This document shows positions 50,572 to 64,000 of a stretch of DNA of 64,000 nucleotides, one piece after another; position 1 is the first letter of the stretch; each line of letters begins with the position of its first letter. A program made the translations under genes and the position numbers. This DNA is from Octopus bimaculoides (Eukaryota): NCBI RefSeq assembly GCF_001194135.2, contig NC_068998.1:19175296-19239295 (forward strand). The letters run 5' to 3'. Under the pieces are notes generated by a model, which did not search any database, was not told the origin of the DNA, and worked only from the letters and a program-made list of their open reading frames with translations.

Positions 50572-52374
50572 AGAGTTTGTATGTGTGTGTATATGCGTAT
50601 GCATTTGAAAACTGAGCTGCCGATTTTGACGTATGGCGTATCAAAAGAATCAGTAATCTACCAAATATACTTTATTTTCACTTACATATTTTCTACATTA
50701 TCTCAACAACCGGCTATAGTTATTTGAAATACACTGCTCTACAACAACTGGGTTTCATTAGAAAGTGAAAATAGTTTCACACTTTCAATTTGAACCAAAA
50801 TTACAAAGTGTTGCATTACGAGAGTGACGATGTGTGAACAATGAAAGTAATGTTTTTCCGAATGAGTCACATCTGTACTACAATAAAGAAAGCTGCTTAT
50901 CATCTATCTACCAAATAAACTATGATTTTAGCACAACAACTCTTTTTTACTACTATAATAACCTTGGAATGAGGTCAGGTTGCACAATTTTGAGGTCATT
51001 TTGGGGCAATATTTTGATTTGCTTCTAATATTTCACTTTTGTCCGATGTTTCATGCTTGCATAGAATTCTACTCAGACAAACATCTATGAAAATGTATAC
51101 GTAAATATTGTATTAAAATAAGCCACAACCAAAAAATTTNNNNNNNNNNNNNNNNNNNNNNNNNNNNNNNNNNNNNNNNNNNNNNNNNNNNNNNNNNNNN
51201 NNNNNNNNNNNNNNNNNNNNNNNNNNNNNNNNNNNNNNNNNNNNNNNNNNNNNNNNNNNNNNNNNNNNNNNNNNNNNNNNNNNNNNNNNNNNNNNNNNNN
51301 NNNNNNNNNNNNNNNNNNNNNNNNNNNNNNNNNNNNNNNNNNNNNNNNNNNNNNNNNNNNNNNNNNNNNNNNNNNNNNNNNNNNNNNNNNNNNNNNNNNN
51401 NNNNNNNNNNNNNNNNNNNNNNNNNNNNNNNNNNNNNNNNNNNNNNNNNNNNNNNNNNNNNNNNNNNNNNNNNNNNNNNNNNNNNNNNNNNNNNNNNNNN
51501 NNNNNNNNNNNNNNNNNNNNNNNNNNNNNNNNNNNNNNNNNNNNNNNNNNNNNNNNNNNNNNNNNNNNNNNNNNNNNNNNNNNNNNNNNNNNNNNNNGTA
51601 CGAATTATGTTATTTCTTGTTGTGTGCACACACAAAAATTACAGCTCAAATCCAATTGAAATTACCTTTTTCTATTCTGTAATTTGTTTGTAATGAACAT
51701 ATCTTTGATATAAACTTAAAGGAAGTTTTCCCAGAAATCCTGTCCTTTACCTGTTGTTTCTAGCATGTCCGAGGTGACACTGGGATGCATTGCTTGTATA
51801 TATATAAAAACAAGTTTCTTTCAGTTTCTATCTACCAAATCCACTCACAAGGTTTTGGTCAGTTCAGAGCTATAATAGAAGGCACTTAGCTGAGAGGTCA
51901 TACAGTGGGACTGAACCTGAAACGAAGTGGTTGGAAAGCTAGCTTCTCAGCCTCACATCCATACCTACACCTATTAAGTAGGTTTTTTAATCCCTATTTT
52001 CTTTGCTCACATATCCAACGTGTGCTTTTTGATATATATATATGTGGATGGATGGACGGACAGACGGACATGGGTTAGTGTCTCCTGTGTTAAAATTCTT
52101 ATGAAACTTCGTAAAATTAAAGATTTATATCATGAAATTATATTGGATCTTGGTGCATCATTAGTGAAGTTTCTGCCCATATTTCTTTCTTTCTTGAAGA
52201 AACTTGTAGGGGATTACAGTAATGTCCAACTCATGTTGCATTCCTGATAAAGATTTCTTTTGAAAAGATGGTTTAAATATTTTATTTCTAAGAAAAATAA
52301 CAAACACCTCTAAACACCAAGCATCCTTCTTTCGTTCCTGTAATTTCACAACACCCGCAAGAGGGCACTACTCC

Positions 52375-53130
52375 CTCATCATCATTATCATCATCAAACA
52401 CCTGTTTTCCATGCTGGCATGGGTTGGATGGTTTGATAGGAGTTGGCCAGCTGAAGAGCTGCCCAGGCTCTATGTCTGTTTTAGCATGATTTCTAAGGCT
52501 AGATTACCTTCCTAATGCTAACCACTTTACAGAATGTATTGGGTGCTTTTACACACCACCAGCACAGGTGCATTTATGTGGCACCACCACCCACAAGGTT
52601 AGGAATGCTCAGCTGGTGAGGGATGCAGGGAACAGCCTGTATACAAGGACAACCATGCTTTTATTTAGCTTGACGTGTCTTTTTAAGCACAGCAAACCGC
52701 CAGGAGCCTCAGTCACCTGTTGTCCTCTCTGTGAGTCTCAACATCCTAAGAAATAGAAGTTGTTTCAATTTTTAAAAATATCATCAAAAAGATATAAAAC
52801 ATGCATCGTTGCCTCATTTTCTTTAGTTTATCACACATTGTAGGCATATGCATGGCTGTGTGGTTAAGAAGCTTGCTTTGCAACCATGTCGTTTCAGGTT
52901 CAGTCCCACTGCATGGTACATTGGGTGTCTTGATTGTAGCCTTAGGCCAACCAATGCCTTGTGAATGAATTTGGTTGTAGGAAACTGTAGAAGCATGTGT
53001 GTGTGTGTCTGTGTCTGTTCTCACACAACCACCACCATCACCACCACTTGACAACTGGTATTTATTTAAGTCCCTATAACTTAGCAAGTCAGCAAAAGAG
53101 ACCAATAAAATAAGTACCAAGCTATATAAA
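52375..53130. mobile_element. Family B repeat (-) followed by a family A SINE (+)
   Basis: Shared modules as above. Confidence 0.65.
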
Positions 53131-54286
53131 AAAATAAGTAGTGTGGATAAAGATTACAGTTGTATTAGATGATGATTGACACATTGCGTAAGTTGCATCG
53201 TTTAGTTAATATTAAAAAAAGTACTTTATATGTAGTTACCATTGAAAAAAGAAATTTCCTCCTATTTTTACTTGTTCCTTGAGCCAAGAAAGAAATCTCT
53301 AGATGGATGCAGCAAATATTGTCTTCAGTAAGAAAATAAAGGTATCTTCCTTGGTTTCCACCATGAATATACAATTGTTCAATCAGCTGAATTACCTACT
53401 CAATGAATTACCTTGTAAGTGGTTGAGTATTCCACAGATCTATCCTTTACATAATTCTCAGGTAGAATCAGTGTGACAAGGTTAAACCTTTAAATAACAA
53501 GTACAATCCATTCATTGGTTTTTCACACAGTTTCTGTGTACCAAATTTCACCCACAAGGCTTGAGTTAACCAAAGATTATGGTAAAAAGCTACTTTGCCA
53601 AGATACCATGGGATCAAACCTGGAACCTCATGATTGGAAAGTAAACTTCTTAACCACTTGACCGTGCTGTATCCATAAGAAAGTACATTTTAGGAAGACA
53701 GGTTGGTCATGTCTGGAATGCTTTTGATCATAGGTTTGCTCAGTCAAAGTTGACTTGCAGCTGTACAGCATCCTCTTTTTCCTTTTTTATTCCTTTCTAC
53801 CATTTACCATGAAGGGTGCTGAAAAGAAGGAACTGATGATCTCATAAATTCAGAATCTCTTGAAGAATTTACTGAGGTGCTTCTCTTGGTCTTTTCCAGG
53901 CATGTAACAGAACATGTACTTTGCACTGGCACTCTGTCAGTTACAATGACAAGTGTTCCAATTGATCCAATCAACAGAACAACCTGCTCATGAAATTAAT
54001 GTGCAAGCGGCTGAGCAGCTCACGAACATGCATAATCTTAACATAGTTCTCAGGGAGATTCAGCATGACACAGAATGTAGCAAGGCTGGCCCTTTGAATC
54101 ACAGGTACCACTCCTGGTGGATTTTGCATTCCAATCCAACAAAATATTGATTACAGCATTAGGCTGTATATTCACTCAAATTCATATTAGAATTTGGTGG
54201 CCTGATTGAGTAACAATTAAGTGAATGCATGTTCTCAACATTTTGGCTAATAGTTCAAATCTTGTAAAGTCATTAAACTCTCTTTT

Positions 54287-54343
<57 letters not shown>

Positions 54344-55584
54344 TAAGATGATGTTGTTAACTTCATTCTCTGTTTCATATTGGTGGGCTGAAAGGATTTC
54401 AATTCAGCCATGATTCATTAAACAGCTTGTTAATGGTGAGAAAGCCGTAAAAATTTTTAAGGAAAAAAATTGGTCTTTTCTACTGACCACTGAGTCATCA
54501 TCTGACTTTTTAGTCCTATTTACATGTTGTTTTCGCCTTTTCTCTCTTGGGGTAATGTCCATGTATGGTGGCTGTAGAACCTTAAAAAAAATGCAAAGAG
54601 GTTTTGGCTGTGATTTATCTAGTCAAGCACTTGAAGTAAAATTACTCTCCAAAGCATTTAATACCCCTGTTGCCACCTTCAAAAAAGGATTCAGTTTGAA
54701 TTCTTGTAAGTTAGTGACTGAAGGGGGGAAATATGGGTAGAAAGTGTTCCAGAAATTTGCAAGTCTTGTGGCAAACCTTTGCAAAAAAGGGTTTATTATT
54801 TTGTAAGTTGAGGGTAAGGGGGAGAGGTTTTGGGCATTGCATGAATCAGTCAGTCAGCAAACTCAAAAGAGCAGAAGATGATGTTTGCAGTAGAAGATAT
54901 AAAGCATGTTTGAATATCTTGACAGAATGTTGTTATTGTTTAGCTCCATGTCAAGCTTCTAGTTAAAGATGTTCCAGCCTTGATCATCTCAATTTGTTGT
55001 ATATTACTAGCTGAAATCCCCAGCGTTGCCTGAGTTAACAACTCAGAGAATTAACAGTAGCATCGCAAAGCTCTTTATCTAACTTATAGTAAATCTTTTC
55101 AGGAAAAACACTCAGTGAAATTTCGGTCTAAGAACACTTTGTAGACATTTTCATTTTTTTTCTTTTAAAATGCTAAAAGCTAAACATGTTGGGATGTCAT
55201 GAAGAGAAAAATATTAAATTCTGGGGTCCCACAAGATGAGAGGAGTGTTTTGATAAATTTCATTAAAGATTGTATCCACCTTTTTAAATGTAATATGTTT
55301 TTTTAATTTTTTATGAGTATATTCACCCTCTAAAATAATTTTTGTTTCATTTAATGTCTAATTCAAATTAGCATAGCAAAGTTTGTCCACAAAATATAAC
55401 TAGCGTTTCCATGATTTTTAAAACATCATATAAAGTTTCCATGACAAAATGTTTAGGAACTACTACTCTAATTCACTGTACTGTGATCAAGTTTATATGT
55501 ATAAAATGAAAGATTTTGAAGCTTAATTTTATATAGCTGGTATCAGAAAATAATTGTAAAATAAAGTGAAAATAACAGCTTGTG

Positions 55585-55955
55585 TAGTTAAAGAGCTTGT
55601 GTTGCAGCCACATGGTTGTAGATTTAGTCCCATTGCATAGCACCTGTGGCAAATGTTTTATATTATAACCCTGAACCAACCAATGCCTTGTGAGCAAATT
55701 TGGATGATGGAAACTATCAAAAGCCATCATTGTGCGGGGTGGGGTGATTGGATTTGACCCCTACCTCCATCACTTGACAATCAGTGCTGGTTTGTTCACA
55801 TCCCCATAACTTAGTAGTTTAGCAAAAGAAACTGAATAAATAAGTTCCTGACTTTAAAAAAAATACATTAGGGTTGATTTGTTCAACTAAATCCTTTGAG
55901 GTGGTGCTCCAGCATGGCTGGAGTTCAATGAGTGAAATAAGTAAAAGATAAAAGA
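55585..55955 (+). mobile_element. Family A SINE copy (diverged)
   Basis: Head and tail modules. Confidence 0.65.
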
Positions 55956-57324
55956 TATCTACCACAGAGCAAATGGTTTATTTACATAAAAATCTCTACA
56001 AATTTCCTTTCTCATTAATTCCCTCAAATCTAATTTAACCTTGTTTACAATAAATATATCAATTGAAAGTCCATGTGAGTAGATCTTGCCTTGGACTGTC
56101 TCATTGATGTGTAAACTAATCAAAACATTTTCTTGATGCATTTTGTACCTAAAGATTGAGGAAGAGGAGTAAATGACTTTGGATTTTTAATTTAAGAGCA
56201 AATTTTATGTTGTTTGAGATTTAAATTTGAATTAATACTCGGCTACCCATTACCCGTTGAGTCACTGGGAACCTCTGAGTTTCCCAGCAATAGAGTTTTG
56301 TTTTGTGGGCTTTTTCTTTTCCAGGTTATTTCGCATGTTTTCAATGAATGTGAAATTGAAATCACATGTAAACAACTCCTTTCCTTAGAAAAGGATAGAT
56401 TTGGCTGTTATTTCTTGCACACCCTGCTACCATGTAACAGGTATTTCGGGTCCTTTATCGCAAATAGCTGTTATGTGATAGCAGGGCATGCTAGAAATAG
56501 CAGCCATTTTTTTGGAGGTGAGATACGTTGAATGCACTCAAAAACCCTATGGAAAAAAGCTATTTCACACCAAGGTTACGAACAGGTCTTTTACAAAATA
56601 TTTACCGTATTTTTAAAGTCATTTACTTTGAAAAATTTTTTAAATATGCCAAAAAAAAATTTTTGTAATGGTATTCACTTGAAAGTAATTTTAAAAAACA
56701 TTAAAATATTGTCTGTTTAAAGAAAGCTAAAATATAAATACTTACTGTTCAAACAACTTACATTTTTGAAATCACATTCTAAATGATTAAAATATTGTGT
56801 TTAACAAAAGCGAAAGCAGAAACATTTACTGTAAAAAAAACAAATCATATTTTTTGTTGTAAAATCACTGTCTAATTGAAAGGTTAGAGCTTCTTCCCAT
56901 TTAAGATGAAGTTATATTCAGAACATTTTCCCATTATGCACCATTTTGGGTATTTATAGCCCCCCCCCCCCNNNNNNNNNNNNNNNNNNNNNNNNNNNNN
57001 NNNNNNNNNNNNNNNNNNNNNNNNNNNNNNNNNNNNNNNNNNNNNNNNNTGTTTCATTCCGTTCGTATTAACATTTCAGGGTAAACTTCATTGTGTTTTC
57101 CTATTATGTGCCAGTTTGGCTGGGTAACATTGCAAGCAAGCAAGCAAGATTCAAACTGACTTTTAATGTATTATAGATAACAAATATCTCTACAAGAAAA
57201 AGTAATTTGTTTTTAAATTACTGTATATTACTGGTTGTCTATGAAACTGAAAAGGAATGTAAGGTTCAGTTCACTTGTGAAAAAGGTATTTATACAATAG
57301 TTTATAAATACTATAGAGAATAAT

Positions 57325-57494
57325 CAAGGCTCTCTTAAGGCATATATACATTGAGCAGTTGCCCAGGAGCCTCACAGGTCTAGGGGCCTGATTCTGATTT
57401 ATGCTTGCTGTGGCTTGCTGTCAATAAATCAAAACTATGGGGCTCAGTGCATTGATTTGCCTGAGAGACCTATAAATCTGCTAAGAGAGACTTG
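57325..57494. mobile_element. Small hAT-like MITE (old)
   Basis: Imperfect TIR caaggctctcttaag / ctaagagagacttg. Possible degraded 8-bp TSD agaataat/acaatagt. Confidence 0.45.
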
Positions 57495-57769
57495 ACAATA
57501 GTACTAACATATTTGTAGGAAGACAAGAAACTTTAATATAATTTACACACACAATGTTAAGCAACAAATCATTACTCAAAAGATTAGTTGTGATTAAGAA
57601 GCTAAGGGAGACAATTCTAGAATTTAAATTAAACTATCTTAGAAATAGAATGCATTGGGAATGTGTCTAATTTTTGGCAGTACAGTAACAACACTATGTA
57701 TGTTTTGGTCTTATTAGACCTCATCAATGAAGCAAAGTCTACCGCTCAGTAGAAATAAATAATTTATGC

Positions 57770-59010
57770 ATCATTATCATCAACATTTAATGTCCATTTT
57801 CCATGCTGGCATAGATTGAATGGCTTGACAGGAACTGGCAAGGTCAGGGGCTGCACCAAGTTCCATAGTCTGTTTTCACTTGATTTCTACAGCTGGATGC
57901 CCTCCCTGACACCAGCTACTTTACAGAGTGTACTGGATGTTTTTTTTTTTATGTGGCACCAGCACCTACAGCAATGCTTTTTATGTGGCACCTTGGTTTG
58001 AGGATCTCAGTTCTCTTGTAGTGAACAGGTCCAGTTGTTTGACTTATCATCACCATTATTTTGTTTGCTTTCCATGTTAGTATGGGTTGGATAGGTTGGC
58101 ATGTCACATCTCGTGTTTCATTTTCATTTTTGGCTTGGTCTTTATGGCTGGATACACTTCCTCTCTTCAACCACTTCACAGAGTATACTTGGTACAGGCA
58201 CTACCTTTATTGTTTATACTTGTAGAATATAGCAAATAGATTGAAGAGTAGGTGGAGAAAAGATGAATGATGGGCAAAAATGTGAACGAGTGATTGACAT
58301 GAGCAATAGAAGGACAAGAATGTTTCAAAGACCAGGAAAGTGGCAGATGCAAACTTGACAAGGACATATCTGGCTGCAGAGTCAAATCTGTATACATGCA
58401 TACATATACATACACATTATATCCTCCTATTTCTGTCACTACCACTATTTTCAACATCAGTTTTGCCATGCTTTTATTTGTCTGGGTCTTCTGCAGCAAT
58501 TTGTGTTGCCAATCAACATGGTCATTGTCATCTCTTCTGTGAGGCTCACCATCATTAGACCAGTCTTCAACACTTCCTCCAATGACTTCTTAGGTCTCAC
58601 TCTACTTTAATACTCTGCACTTCCTTATGCAGTCTTTATCTTCTACAGGCATCATGTGTCCATACCATTAGTCTTTTCTTTCATACACTGCAAGTGACTC
58701 TTCCCTACTCCCAGTTTTTCTTTCAGTCCCTTTGTATTTTGTCATTCATGCACACTGTCATTACACATCCAGTGGAGAATGCGTGCTTCATTTCTTTCTA
58801 GTCTTCACAAATCCTCTGTCTAACTACCATACAACATTACAATTTGTACACAAGCATCATAAAAATCTGCCATTCATTCTAAGAGAGAAGCCCTATGTTA
58901 TCAACAGAAATAACTCCCTGATCTTTCCCCAGCTAATTTTTACTCTTGCCTACAATACTTTTGGAACACCCACCTCCACTGTTAATTAGACCACCAAGGG
59001 AGCCTTCCTA
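57770..59010 (-). mobile_element. Family B repeats and decayed RTE LINE 3' region
   Basis: catcatcaacatttaatgtccattttccatgctggc... followed by the reverse complement of RTE 3' sequence resembling 18900-19200. Confidence 0.55.
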
Positions 59011-59419
59011 TAATTTTTAAGATTTAATTTCTTCTTGTATATATATATATTTCTTTTTGCTTAAGATAATGAGTTCTTATTTTTACTAGTCTTTTTTTGT
59101 TGGGAAAGGATATGCTTTACATGATAAAACTCTAATCTGCAGTACTATGGGTATAGGTGTTGTATGTAACCTAACAAACATTTTTATTGCCATCAAATGC
59201 TCAGCAGTAACCAGTCACAAGATGTCATCATCACTGTATGTTTTTTTGTTTTCAACTTACCATGGTTTGGACTAGACTTCAGGTAGCATTCTACAGACAG
59301 ATGCCCTTTTTGATACCTACTGTTACTTATTCTTAGAGTATGGTACTTTACTCTTGGTCTTCACATGTTGCAGTACCAAATATATTGTTTATGTGGAACA
59401 TAAACATTACCAATGCCCA

Positions 59420-59459
<40 letters not shown>

Positions 59460-60779
59460 AGTCTTCCCTACAGTTTCTGTCCACTAGATTTTATTGAAAG
59501 ATATTGATCAGCTCAAGGTTATAGTAGAAGACATCCAAGGTGGCATAGTAAAATCTAATCCAGAATCGTGGTTGCAAATTGAATCTCTTCTTGATATAGT
59601 CATCCCTATATGTATGTGTATATAACATGTCTGTGTGTGTTTATATTTTGTTTAGGCATTGCAAATACTAATAACCTGGTGTAGAACTCAGTATACATAT
59701 GCTTCAGAACAAAGTGCTAGTCAAGTAAAGAGCAGTAACAAGAAGAGATGACAAAGGAATAAGTGCTTCTGTTATAACCTTCATTAGCTTACAACTGTTT
59801 CTGCTGTTAGATGCAGAGGACTAATAGCTGAATGTCTGAGTAAGCCTCAAATGTAAAGTTCATAAGATAATCAGTTATTCCTTTGTCATCTCATTTCTTT
59901 ATATATTTATATATANNNNNNNNNNNNNNNNNNNNNNNNNNNNNNNNNNNNNNNNNNNNNNNNNNNNNNNNNNNNNNNNNNNNNNNNNNNNNNNNNNNNN
60001 NNNNNNNNNNNNNNNNNNNNNNNNNNNNNNNNNNNNNNNNNNNNNNNNNNNNNNNNNNNNNNNNNNNNNNNNNNNNNNNNNNNNNNNNNNNNNNNNNNNN
60101 NNNNNNNNNNNNNNNNNNNNNNNNNNNNNNNNNNNNNNNNNNNNNNNNNNNNNNNNNNNNNNNNNNNNNNNNNNNNNNNNNNNNNNNNNNNNNNNNNNNN
60201 NNNNNNNNNNNNNNNNNNNNNNNNNNNNNNNNNNNNNNNNNNNNNNNNNNNNNNNNNNNNNNNNNNNNNNNNNNNNNNNNNNNNNNNNNNNNNNNNNNNN
60301 NNNNNNNNNNNNNNNNNNNNNNNNNNNNNNNNNNNNNNNNNNNNNNNNNNNNNNNNNNNNNNNNNNNNNNNNNNNNNNNNNNNNNNNNNNNNNNNNNNNN
60401 NNNNNNNNNNNNNNNNNNNNNNNNNNNNNNNNNNNNNNNNNNNNNNNNNNNNNNNNNNNNNNNNNNNNNNNNNNNNNNNNNNNNNNNNNNNNNNNNNNNN
60501 NNNNNNNNNNNNNNNNNNNNNNNNNNNNNNNNNNNNNNNNNNNNNNNNNNNNNNNNNNNNNNNNNNNNNNNNNNNNNNNNNNNNNNNNNNNNNNNNNNNN
60601 NNNNNNNNNNNNNNNNNNNNNNNNNNNNNNNNNNNNNNNNNNNNNNNNNNNNNNNNNNNNNNNNNNNNNNNNNNNNNNNNNNNNNNNNNNNNNNNNNNNN
60701 NNNNNNNNNNNNNNNNNNNNNNNNNATATATATGTATATATATATAACCTGCCCACTTATGAGTACTCGTCATACATTG

Positions 60780-61285
60780 GACAATAAACTTTACTTGCGA
60801 AAACCTGTTGAGGCAAATGAGATCAAAATTGCTGACATGGCCTGATTGGCACTCGTGGCAGTGGAACGTTAAAACCACCATCCAAGCGTGATCGTTGCCA
60901 GGGCCGCTGATTGGCTCACGTGCCTGTGGCACGTAAAAAATGCCATTCAAGCGTGATTGTTGCCAGTGTCGCCTTACTGGCACGTGAAAAACAACATTCG
61001 AGCGTGGTTGTTGCCAGTGCCGCCAGACTGGCTCCTGTGCAGGTGGCACATAAAAAACACCTGTTGAGTGTGGTCATTCACAGTACCACTTGACTGGCCC
61101 TCATGCCAGTGGCACATAACAGCACCCACTACACTCTCGGAATGGTTGGCGTTAGGAAGGGCATCTAGCTGTAGAAACTTTGCCAGATCAGATTGGAGCC
61201 TGGTGCAGCTGTTGGCTCTCCAGACCTCAGTCAAACCGTCCAACTCATGCCAGCATGGGAAGTGGATGTTAAACGATGATGATGA
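60780..61285 (+). mobile_element. Family B repeat with internal degenerate tandem units
   Basis: Repeated ggcacgt.aaaa...caagcgtgatcgttgccag units, then the common 3' module and (GAT)n tail. Confidence 0.7.
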
Positions 61286-63085
61286 ATGTATATGTATATA
61301 TATGAGCAGCCCATGATAGGTATTAAAAAAAATACATTTAGAAACAATAATTTATTGGCAAGGATTGTAGGCTTTTCCCATATTGAGCATTGGTAAGCTG
61401 AAAAAAATTTTTTATAGCTCCCAGTTAGCAACTTGAGTTGCGTTGAATGCGAAATGTATGTATTGTATGTACATGTTTGTAATATGTATGTATGTGTGTG
61501 TTTGTGTGTAATTTAACAAATGTCCATCCATCTATCTTCACCACTTGAGGATAGAATCCTCAAGTACCTCTACCATAGAGTTCTATCAGAAGCAGCCATT
61601 GTTAGACTTTCTGGCTGGATTACTAAGCATGACCAACTGAGACTATAGATATTATCCTACCATATAATTCATGTTCTACCCCTAGGTCTCCTGCTGGTTG
61701 GCTCAGCATGAAGAACATGTCTTGCAACTCTTCACTGTGACATTCTTATGACATGTCTGTTGTGCCAGAGCTGTGACCTCTTATTGAAGAGAAGTTGCAG
61801 CTCAGCCAGGAGAGACTTCCATGATGTCTTTATATATAATTTTACTCTTTTAGTGGATTATTATAATTTCACAACAGTACTGAAAATACTCTGCACTCTG
61901 CCATTACCACTAATATTGAACAAGCCTGTAGCTATGAACCATTGAAGGAGCCTCTATGTAATTGCTCAACTTGCTTGAAATCGTAGCCCAAATCTTCCTC
62001 ACCTCACTTCTTACCATTTTAAACAAAAAGGTCATACTGGATAATGTGATGACAAGTTCCTTGCATGTAAGAAAAACGCAGGATAGTCATAGCTGGAATG
62101 TCTTTGATCATAGGTTTACTCAGTAGTATCTGACTTAGGGCTAAGAAGCAACAACAATAATAGTTGTTTTATGATATATCTTGATCAAAAATGTGGATAA
62201 AATAATAAATGAGTGGTTGAAGACTTATTTGAATATGAAGGAAATAAGAACACAATTTTTGGTCCATAGAATCATTGGCATTGCTACATTATAAGTTTGA
62301 TTTCCTGTGGCATAGACTGAAAGTATTCCCTGCATTTCATTTGTACAGGAGAAAGGGTCTGTGCCCATGAATTTCACAGGTCCTGTGAGTTCAACATAGT
62401 CCATGTTCCTTCTCAACAGCTGCATGATTATTGAGGGCAAGGAGGTGGTGGGAAGTTTCCAGTGGGCTGACACCCTGAGGGAGAAGGATTGGTTAAAAGT
62501 GGTTTGTATAGGGAGGTGGCTTGGAGAAGAGTGAGCACAATGTGAGTAATGAGTGAATCAGGATTACCTGGAAGTGGCCTCAAAACCAGACAACCCTAAG
62601 GAGTAGAAAGCATATATTGGTGGCACAGTGAAAGGACAACATATTTATCAGTCAGAGATTGAATATGTTGGCAAAAAACTTCATATCAATTAATCAATTG
62701 GGGTCTATGGTGGGTGTATGTATCACAGTATAACAGTCCTGTAAGTGGTATCAGTATTCCATTGTGAGTCTTGCCTGAACTTTGTAAAGCATTAATGCAT
62801 GTTGGGACTGAATTATTTTTGTAGTCCTACAGAAGGAGACTTGTCTTTGCTATGTTGAAGATGTGCAACCAGCAAAAGAGATCCTCAATGATGGTGGGGC
62901 CTGGCATTGATAGTAACCTTGAGGATTCTACTTGTATGTTGTTCATGTTTAGAGAGCATAGGGTACAATATTGTTCTCTTGAGGTGTGGTGTGATTGTTC
63001 ATGCTGTTGAAAAAGATAAGATTGGGCTTTGGACATTAGTAATGTCACTTTAAGGTGGATTGACTGCTTCACCATCTGTTATTTA

Positions 63086-63313
63086 TTAACATTTTAGCAT
63101 TCAGCTTACTCTGTCAAACATAATACTTTTTTATTCATGTTGTTTTGAATTAATTATGCATTATCTTATAGCTTCAAGATTTCAATGCTGCAATTATTTA
63201 TTTTTAGAATGACATTGTCGAGTAGGTGTTAGAGGTTGGATCTGGTCAGTTTGAACATAAAACAGATAGAAAATTTAGTCTGGATATGGTTGGTTTAAAT
63301 GCTAAAGGATTAA
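63086..63313 (+). mobile_element. piggyBac-like MITE
   Basis: TTAA-cattttagcatt...aatgctaaagga-TTAA. Confidence 0.7.
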
Positions 63314-64000
63314 GCAAGCTGTCTGTAGCAATTGCCAAATCACATCCTTTCTCAACTCTAGCAAATACAAAATAACTGAGGAGATATGATAATGGACTAC
63401 CAATTCTGATATATTGAGTTGAGCTGTTTTGTTGTTTTAAGCAGAATATTTAATAATACTTACCTCAATTGACTTTGCAGTTAGAAATAACAATCAGCTT
63501 CTCTGAAAATACTACCTGAAGTAGAGTTATATCTTGTCCAAAGGAAGATTTGTTTATTCTGTTAAAACACTATGAAACTGGAGCTTTAATCCTTTAAAGG
63601 TTTTTGGGACTCTTTTAAAAATTTTTTACACATTTACTCTCTCCCTCTGTTGATCAGGTTTGATGCTATTTTCCTGTTAGTCACATGACATTGGATATTT
63701 CCATTTCCATCTACTGTTAATTCAGCAACCAGTTAATACTTGATTTTATTGATTATTCCCATTATTTTAATATCATTTATGATGTATCGTGGATTGTAAT
63801 ATTACTGCTAATACTTATCTTCTTTCCAGATATTATTCAAACTTATAAAATTCACCTGAAGTTCAGATGTGAATATATGGAATTATATGACAAAAAAAAG
63901 CCAGAGTTAACCACAAATCACATTCTTATTTTATATTTCGATGTTTAGCAATAAACATATAAGCTCTAGCAATATATAAATGTCATTCAGCTGTAGGTTG

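Noticed and set aside
59883-61049. ORFs of 285-380 aa, and also 51069..51635
   Set aside because: They consist mostly of N gaps.
63830-63950. Candidate exon after cttctttccag| (DIIQTYKIHLKF...)
   Set aside because: No good donor, it ends in a stop, and it has no similarity to HBS1.

Overview
AT-rich, repeat-dense eukaryotic genomic DNA with five assembly gaps. The SINE, MITE and microsatellite landscape resembles an octopus or other cephalopod genome; that assignment is inferred from recall, not from a search. The window holds one well-supported gene, HBS1L, on the + strand. Coding exons 1-5 (15870-30305) are small, and all introns are GT-AG and phase 1; exons 1-4 align by eye with the HBS1 N-terminus (MARHR..., YGQS...YCISP, AQF, ARL..CLD...EVLGD). 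They are followed by a ~1.7-1.8 kb terminal exon (~35001-36775) ending in PFDFSTPSPDDIVK, the signature of the Ski7-like short isoform (HBS1LV3 type) that links the SKI complex and cytoplasmic exosome. I found no HBS1 GTPase-domain exon in the remaining 27 kb. The most interesting new observation is the acceptor of this exon, ...ttttgtaAG|GTAAG|AC. An out-of-frame acceptor is immediately followed by a consensus donor (ratchet-point-like), and the in-frame acceptor lies 5 nt further on, which could act as an Hbs1/Ski7 isoform switch. There is weak evidence for a divergent transcript from the same promoter region. The rest is mobile DNA: Tx1/L1, RTE, CR1/Jockey and Hero-like LINE fragments, a mariner fragment, several SINE families (three young copies with target-site duplications), and piggyBac-like and hAT-like MITEs.
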